Source: Chloroflexota bacterium (GTDB taxonomy: Bacteria > Chloroflexota > UBA11872 > VXOZ01). From it: a stretch of 64,000 nucleotides of DNA. The translations under genes and the position numbers were made by a program. The DNA is taken from NCBI GenBank assembly GCA_964291655.2, contig OZ219802.1, positions 2,208,001 through 2,272,000 of the forward strand, read 5' to 3'. The notes under the pieces are model-generated. The model had not been told where the DNA came from, did no database searches, and worked only from the letters and a program-made list of their open reading frames with translations. This document shows, piece after piece, positions 59,311-64,000 of the stretch (the first letter of the stretch is position 1; each line of letters starts with the position of its first letter).

Positions 59311-59784
59311 ATGGTTCATTACGGCCACACGACAACTATGAGTCTTGCGCGGACGACTTGCGTCATCCTCATCGCTATACTGGGAGCGCTTGTTCTCAGC
59401 GCATGCGGTCCGCGCGCCGAGCAGGGCGGCAACCTTGACGTAACCGTATTGTCGATCTCGCCCGATCCGGCAGCGGTGGGTGACGCCGTCATCACCCTGC
59501 AAGTCCGCGACATAGCAGGCAATCCCGTTTCGGACGCCACCATTCTGGTGGAGGGCACCATGACCCACGCCGGCATGCAGCCCGTCATCGTAGAAACTGT
59601 AAGCCTCGGTGAAGGAAAGTACGCCACCAAGGACTTCAAGTTCACTATGGGCGGTGACTGGGTCATCATCGTGCGCGCCACGTTCGCCAACGGCGCCACC
59701 GCCGAGCAGCGCATTGACCTGAAGGGCGTGCAGGGCGAGATGAAAATGGACATGAAATCCGACAAGCCCAAGGATGGCAATTAG
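59311..59784 (+). CDS. FixH/YtkA-like lipoprotein
   Basis: LSAC lipobox, EGTMTHAGMQP, FTMGGDW. Confidence 0.8.
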   Translation: MVHYGHTTTMSLARTTCVILIAILGALVLSACGPRAEQGGNLDVTVLSISPDPAAVGDAVITLQVRDIAGNPVSDATILVEGTMTHAGMQPVIVETVSLGEGKYATKDFKFTMGGDWVIIVRATFANGATAEQRIDLKGVQGEMKMDMKSDKPKDGN

Positions 59785-59786
59785 AC

Positions 59787-61463
59787 GTGGCCGTGTTGCG
59801 CAACCAGCAAACGAGGCAGCGCGATCTCCTCAACGTGCCTGTCGTCGGGCGCTTCTTGCGCTGGAAGCATGCCCGCACGTCCATGCAGGCGGTACTGCTG
59901 GCGGTATCGGCACTCATCCTCTACGACGGTTTTTGGGGCCCGCAGCTTGCGCCGAAGAATATCGCCGGTGTGCTGCCCTGGGTGCATTGGCGGGGCTTTG
60001 TGGTGCTGGCGTTACTCATTGCCGGCAACCTCTTCTGCATGGCCTGCCCCTTTATGCTGCCGCGCCGCCTGGCCAAGAAGCTCTTCCCCGCCGACCGCCC
60101 CTGGCCGACGTTCTTACGGAGCAAGTGGCTGGCAATTGGCGTGCTCCTGGTATTCTTCTGGGCGTACGAGGCGTTCGACTTGTGGGCGAGCCCTTGGCTC
60201 ACCGCGTGGGTTGCCCTAACGTACTTTGTCGCTGCCTTTGCGATAGACGGTATTTTTAAGGGCGCGGCCTTCTGCAAGTACGTCTGTCCCATCGGACAAT
60301 TCCACTTTGTGCACAGCATGGTGTCGCCGCTGGAGGTGAAGGTGCGCCAGCCGGACATCTGCGGGTCCTGTCCGACAAAGGACTGCATCAAGGGGCGGTA
60401 TGGTCCAGTAGCGGAGCCTTCCCTCCGTCATTCCGGCGCAAGCCGGAATCCAGATGTACGGGATAAACCTCGGCAAGCGCAAGATTCGCATCTGCTCCGT
60501 CATTCTCGTGAAAGCTCGCCCCGGCACGGGGCGCGGAATCCATCTTCCGACGAACAGCGACCTCAAGCAGGTATGCCAGAGGTGACCAAGAGTCCTTCCC
60601 AGCCGGCAAGATCAGTAGCAATGCCCGCCGGCCTGCAACTCGTACAAAGTGGGTGCGAACTGTGGCTCTTCCAAGAAGGCAAAGTCGGCAACATGGACTG
60701 CACGTTCTGCCTCGACTGTATCCAGGCTTGTCCCTACGATAACGTCGGCATCCAACTGCGTGCGCCCACCAGCGAGTTCAGGCGCTTGGATCAATGGCAC
60801 TCCGGCGTCGGCACGCTGGTGAAACGCGCCGACGTAGCGGCGCTGGTTTTCGTGCTCGTATTCGCGGCCTTTGTGAACGCCTTTGGCATGGTGGCGCCGG
60901 TCTATGTGTTGGAGCAATGGCTGGCGACACAGCTCGGCGTCACCAGTGAACCCGTGGTGCTCGGCATACTCTTCATCGTGGGACTGGTGGCCCTGCCCTT
61001 TGTGCTCGTGACCGCCGCCGCGTGGTCCAGCCGTGCGCTTGTCGGCGGCAACGAGACGTTGGCAGCCACGGCCACGCGCTTCAGCTTCGCCCTCGTTCCC
61101 ATTGGTTTGGGCATGTGGCTGGCGCACTACGGCTTCCACTTTCTCATCGGCGCGTTGACGGTTATTCCCGTCATGCAGAGTTTCCTAGCCGATTTTGGTG
61201 TGCCAATCCTGGGCGATCCGCAGTGGGAGCTGGCTGCCATAGTGCCTGAGGCCTGGCTGGTGCCCCTTGAACTGTTACTCCTGGAACTTGGCGTGCTCGT
61301 TTCACTGACCGTTGGCTATCGTATTGCAAGAAGCCAGCAAAGCTCCGCCGCGAGGGCGATACGCGGCCTGCTGCCGTGGGCAGTCTTGATTGTCGCGCTC
61401 TTCTTCACCGGAGCCTGGCTGATGACGCAGCCGATGGAAATGCGCGGCACGATACTTGGATGA
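59787..61463 (+). CDS. 4Fe-4S binding membrane protein (FesM/NapH-like) with an in-frame repeat insertion
   Basis: GNLFCMACPF, FCKYVCPIG, CGSCPTKDC, GCELWL, DCTFCLDCIQACPYDN. Confidence 0.85.
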   Translation: MAVLRNQQTRQRDLLNVPVVGRFLRWKHARTSMQAVLLAVSALILYDGFWGPQLAPKNIAGVLPWVHWRGFVVLALLIAGNLFCMACPFMLPRRLAKKLFPADRPWPTFLRSKWLAIGVLLVFFWAYEAFDLWASPWLTAWVALTYFVAAFAIDGIFKGAAFCKYVCPIGQFHFVHSMVSPLEVKVRQPDICGSCPTKDCIKGRYGPVAEPSLRHSGASRNPDVRDKPRQAQDSHLLRHSRESSPRHGARNPSSDEQRPQAGMPEVTKSPSQPARSVAMPAGLQLVQSGCELWLFQEGKVGNMDCTFCLDCIQACPYDNVGIQLRAPTSEFRRLDQWHSGVGTLVKRADVAALVFVLVFAAFVNAFGMVAPVYVLEQWLATQLGVTSEPVVLGILFIVGLVALPFVLVTAAAWSSRALVGGNETLAATATRFSFALVPIGLGMWLAHYGFHFLIGALTVIPVMQSFLADFGVPILGDPQWELAAIVPEAWLVPLELLLLELGVLVSLTVGYRIARSQQSSAARAIRGLLPWAVLIVALFFTGAWLMTQPMEMRGTILG

Positions 61464-61521
61464 GTAAAATAGTGCACATGAAACGTAGCTTCGATGATAC
61501 CGAGGGGATTAAGAGTGTAAC

Positions 61522-61773
61522 TTGATGGCACTGTCACGTTTGACCCGCAATCGCCGCACACCGCGTCGTGCCGGATACCAGGACTGCGCTCACCAACAGC
61601 GCCAGCCTGCGCTTGCGGCGCCGCTCTCCGTGCTCCCCGCCCCTCTGGAGCATGGCGCGGTGGGCGTCTGGGACGAGGTAGCCGTCGGTGCGCTCCTCGT
61701 GGGCTGCGCGATCGCTTACGTGGTCTGGTTCTATCTCAGTGGACGGAACGAGAGACCGCACGACTCGGAGTGA
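61522..61773 (+). CDS. Small membrane protein (start uncertain)
   Basis: HGAVGVWDE followed by one TM helix. Confidence 0.45.
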   Translation: MMALSRLTRNRRTPRRAGYQDCAHQQRQPALAAPLSVLPAPLEHGAVGVWDEVAVGALLVGCAIAYVVWFYLSGRNERPHDSE

Positions 61774-62014
61774 GAGACTCTGTACAAGGCCGGGCCTAAG
61801 CCCCAAGGAGAGGACTAAGAGGCATTCGCCCCCAGGTCAGCCGTCTCTCCGCCCCTGGTGTGACAATGAATGTGTAGCGCGGGGGCTTGTCCCCCGCTCG
61901 GGACATCTGAGTGGAGCCGTGAGCGGATGGATCCCTGCGCAGGCGGCAAGGGCGGCCTGCAAACTGACTGATCCCGATCCGGCAACGGCTCTATGCTTGA
62001 AGTGTCACCGAAGC

Positions 62015-62923
62015 CTAGTCGCCTGATGTCAATTGGCGCACGGGCGTCGCGAGCAGGCCGATTTCGTCGATCTCGATTTCCACAATGTCGCCGGCGCGCA
62101 GGGCCGCTTCTTCAGTCACGATGATGCCTGTGCCGGTGCTCACCACGGTGCCAACCGGCACCGGGTTATTGCGCACGAGATATGCGGTCAGCGTCTCAAA
62201 CGGGTGCCGGATCTGGTCGGTGTTTGCCGAACCCTCGAATATTACTGTGCCATTGCGGCGAATGCGCGCCGTAATCTCCAGGTTGTACGGGTCCGTGAGT
62301 TCGCCGGCCGTCACCATAGTCGGTCCTAAAGCCGTACAACCCAGGAAGACTTTGGACTGGGGCAGGTAGAGCGGATTCTCCCGCTCGATGTCCCAGGCCG
62401 ACACGTCATCGCAGATCGTATACCCGATGATTTCATTGTCGAAGCCCAGCACGTAGGCGAGCTCCGGTTCCGGCGCCGTAAACGTGGAATCCACGCGAAT
62501 GCCGATGGGTTCGTTCGGCCCGGCGCAATGTTGCGTGTCCCCTTTATAGAAGATCTCCGGACGGTCCGATTGGTACACCTTGTCGTAGATGCCCATGCGT
62601 CCTTCCATGTCGGCGTCGCGGAATTCGGCGCTGCGGCGGTAGGTCACCCCGCAGCCCCAAACCTGGGGTGGAAAGAGAGGCATGGTGAGCCGCGGCTCGT
62701 CCGGCTCCAGTAGTTCTGCATAGGCATGAGCGCCGCCTGATGCCTCCGCAAGCTTCTCTTCGATTACCGCGTCGAGCGAGCGGCGCTGCCGACGGGCTTC
62801 ATCCACGAAATCAAGCGTCGTGGTTAAGTCATGAGCCGGATCCGTGATGTCGAAGACTTTTTCATCCTGCACCACGCCGACGTGAACGCTCTGATCCACG
62901 TCATAGAATTGCACCAGTTTCAC
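62015..62923 (-). CDS. Fumarylacetoacetate hydrolase family (2-keto-3-deoxy-pentonate dehydratase-like)
   Basis: VWGCGVTY.RS, RPEIFYK, PEPELA, DDVSAWDIERENPLYLPQSK, STGTGI. Confidence 0.88.
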   Translation of the reverse strand: MKLVQFYDVDQSVHVGVVQDEKVFDITDPAHDLTTTLDFVDEARRQRRSLDAVIEEKLAEASGGAHAYAELLEPDEPRLTMPLFPPQVWGCGVTYRRSAEFRDADMEGRMGIYDKVYQSDRPEIFYKGDTQHCAGPNEPIGIRVDSTFTAPEPELAYVLGFDNEIIGYTICDDVSAWDIERENPLYLPQSKVFLGCTALGPTMVTAGELTDPYNLEITARIRRNGTVIFEGSANTDQIRHPFETLTAYLVRNNPVPVGTVVSTGTGIIVTEEAALRAGDIVEIEIDEIGLLATPVRQLTSGD

Positions 62924-63025
62924 GGTTTCTTTTCCCTCTCAGCTTCCGTTCTTATACCTCGCCAAACGATGTTCGCCCACTCTAAGAACCTCGGAATAGC
63001 CCCAGTCATTCCTGTAAGTGTTGAG

Positions 63026-63232
63026 TAATTCGTTGACAGAGTCCGCTTTCCATTCTGATGTGTTGACGGTGCATGTCATTCCGAGCGGAGCGAGGAATCT
63101 AGGGTCCCTACTTTAACGGCTTCAGCACACTAGATTCCTCTCTTCGCTGCGCTTCGTTCGGAATGACATGTGTACTAGTCATGTCTAACACTGCGAAAGG
63201 TGGCTTTTGTTCTCAAATCTGTCAACGAATTA
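63026..63232. mobile_element. MITE (207 bp) with perfect 15-bp TIR and internal GTCATTCCGAGCG REP pair
   Basis: TAATTCGTTGACAGA ... TCTGTCAACGAATTA. Confidence 0.8.
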
Positions 63233-63341
63233 TCTGACATTTACAATTCCAGCGCACGCCGGATTTCAGGGGGCATAGGAGGCTAACGCTCGCTTGTCGT
63301 CCAGCTCTGCTTCACCCGCATCCCAGGCTTCTCCCATCATG

Positions 63342-63490
63342 GAGAACCTTGCAAGTCCTTGCCGCAGCGAGGAAGTCCCCTCTCCTCCAGGAGAGGGAGT
63401 GCCCCGCTTGAAAGTGGGGCAATGCAATGGTCTCCCCAGGGAGAGGGGGGTTAAGACATTTCTCTCAGGTTCTAGCTACGCAAAGTTCTC
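63342..63490. repeat. Short BoxC-containing MITE with GAGAACYTTGC ends
   Basis: GAGAACCTTGC ... GCAAAGTTCTC around CCCCTCTCCTCCAGGAGAGGG. Confidence 0.6.
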
Positions 63491-63549
63491 CATCTGTGGG
63501 AGAAGGAACTGCACGCGATTCTCCCAAGTAATCGCACGACAGTATGCCT

Positions 63550-64000
63550 CTATTCTACTGCTTTCACAATGTGCACACCGTTGAGCGCCATGTGAAAGAG
63601 AAAGACGAGGTGCAGCAAGTCGCCGTCGTGCGGCATAGCGCCTATTTCTTGAGCTATCTCGACCGGCAAGTCGTATGTCTGCACGCAGTTCTCCGGTACC
63701 ACCACCTGGCAGTCGCGCTGGATGGCATTGGCGCTAAGACGCAGGTACATTGCCGTTTGGTATACACAGAGATCTGTGCAGTCGCCTATGACGAGAAAGT
63801 ACCTCACCTCCGGGTGCTGTCCGAGCCATTGCGCCAAACCGGTGCCGTATGCCGGGTGCAACGAGTTCTTTTCTATGACCGTAAAGTTAGCGGCGGCAGG
63901 CAAGCCGGCAAGCTCCGGCACAGTATCAGATTCATCTTGGCCGGTGACGCAGTGCGGGCCGAATTGACCGAATTCCAGGGCATCGGGATGGTGCGTGTCC
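63550..64000 (-). CDS. Isochorismatase/nicotinamidase-family cysteine hydrolase (5' partial)
   Basis: DTHHPDALEF..FGPHC, EKNS, GDCTDLCV. Confidence 0.88.
   Translation of the reverse strand, partial: DTHHPDALEFGQFGPHCVTGQDESDTVPELAGLPAAANFTVIEKNSLHPAYGTGLAQWLGQHPEVRYFLVIGDCTDLCVYQTAMYLRLSANAIQRDCQVVVPENCVQTYDLPVEIAQEIGAMPHDGDLLHLVFLFHMALNGVHIVKAVE

Overview
GC-rich bacterial chromosomal window. Chloroflexota, possibly host- or sponge-associated, is a guess from gene content only. Coding content: a phosphate-regulon cluster (two Tmk-like proteins, arsC, phoU, phoR/phoB), a B12/siderophore-type ABC transporter behind tRNA-Arg(CCT), a vapBC pair, a patchwork of small accessory genes (esterase, YciI, YbjQ, VOC, Fn3 lipoproteins, LamG/propeller protein), queuosine salvage (yhhQ, queF), three amidohydrolases, three orphan Tat solute-binding lipoproteins, sugar/acid catabolism (mmsA, nagA, ROK, Gfo/Idh/MocA, FAH) and a FixH/4Fe-4S membrane operon. 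The most striking signal is non-coding. More than 20 BoxC-like CCCTCTCCC-N-GGGAGAGGG-N3-GGGTGAGGG repeats occur, mostly as inverted doublets around ~90-bp spacers. One doublet instead encloses a decayed DUF559/YcjD endonuclease gene, an arrangement resembling REP/RAYT systems. Both IS481 copies, both IS1182 copies and two 287-288 bp IS481-derived MITEs sit inside these repeats. At least four further REP/MITE families are nested with them, one in-frame inside a gene. Also notable: tandem NrdR-like boxes with no nrd gene, and several diverged 3'-end remnants of neighbouring genes. No CRISPR array or DGR was found. All alignments were made by eye.
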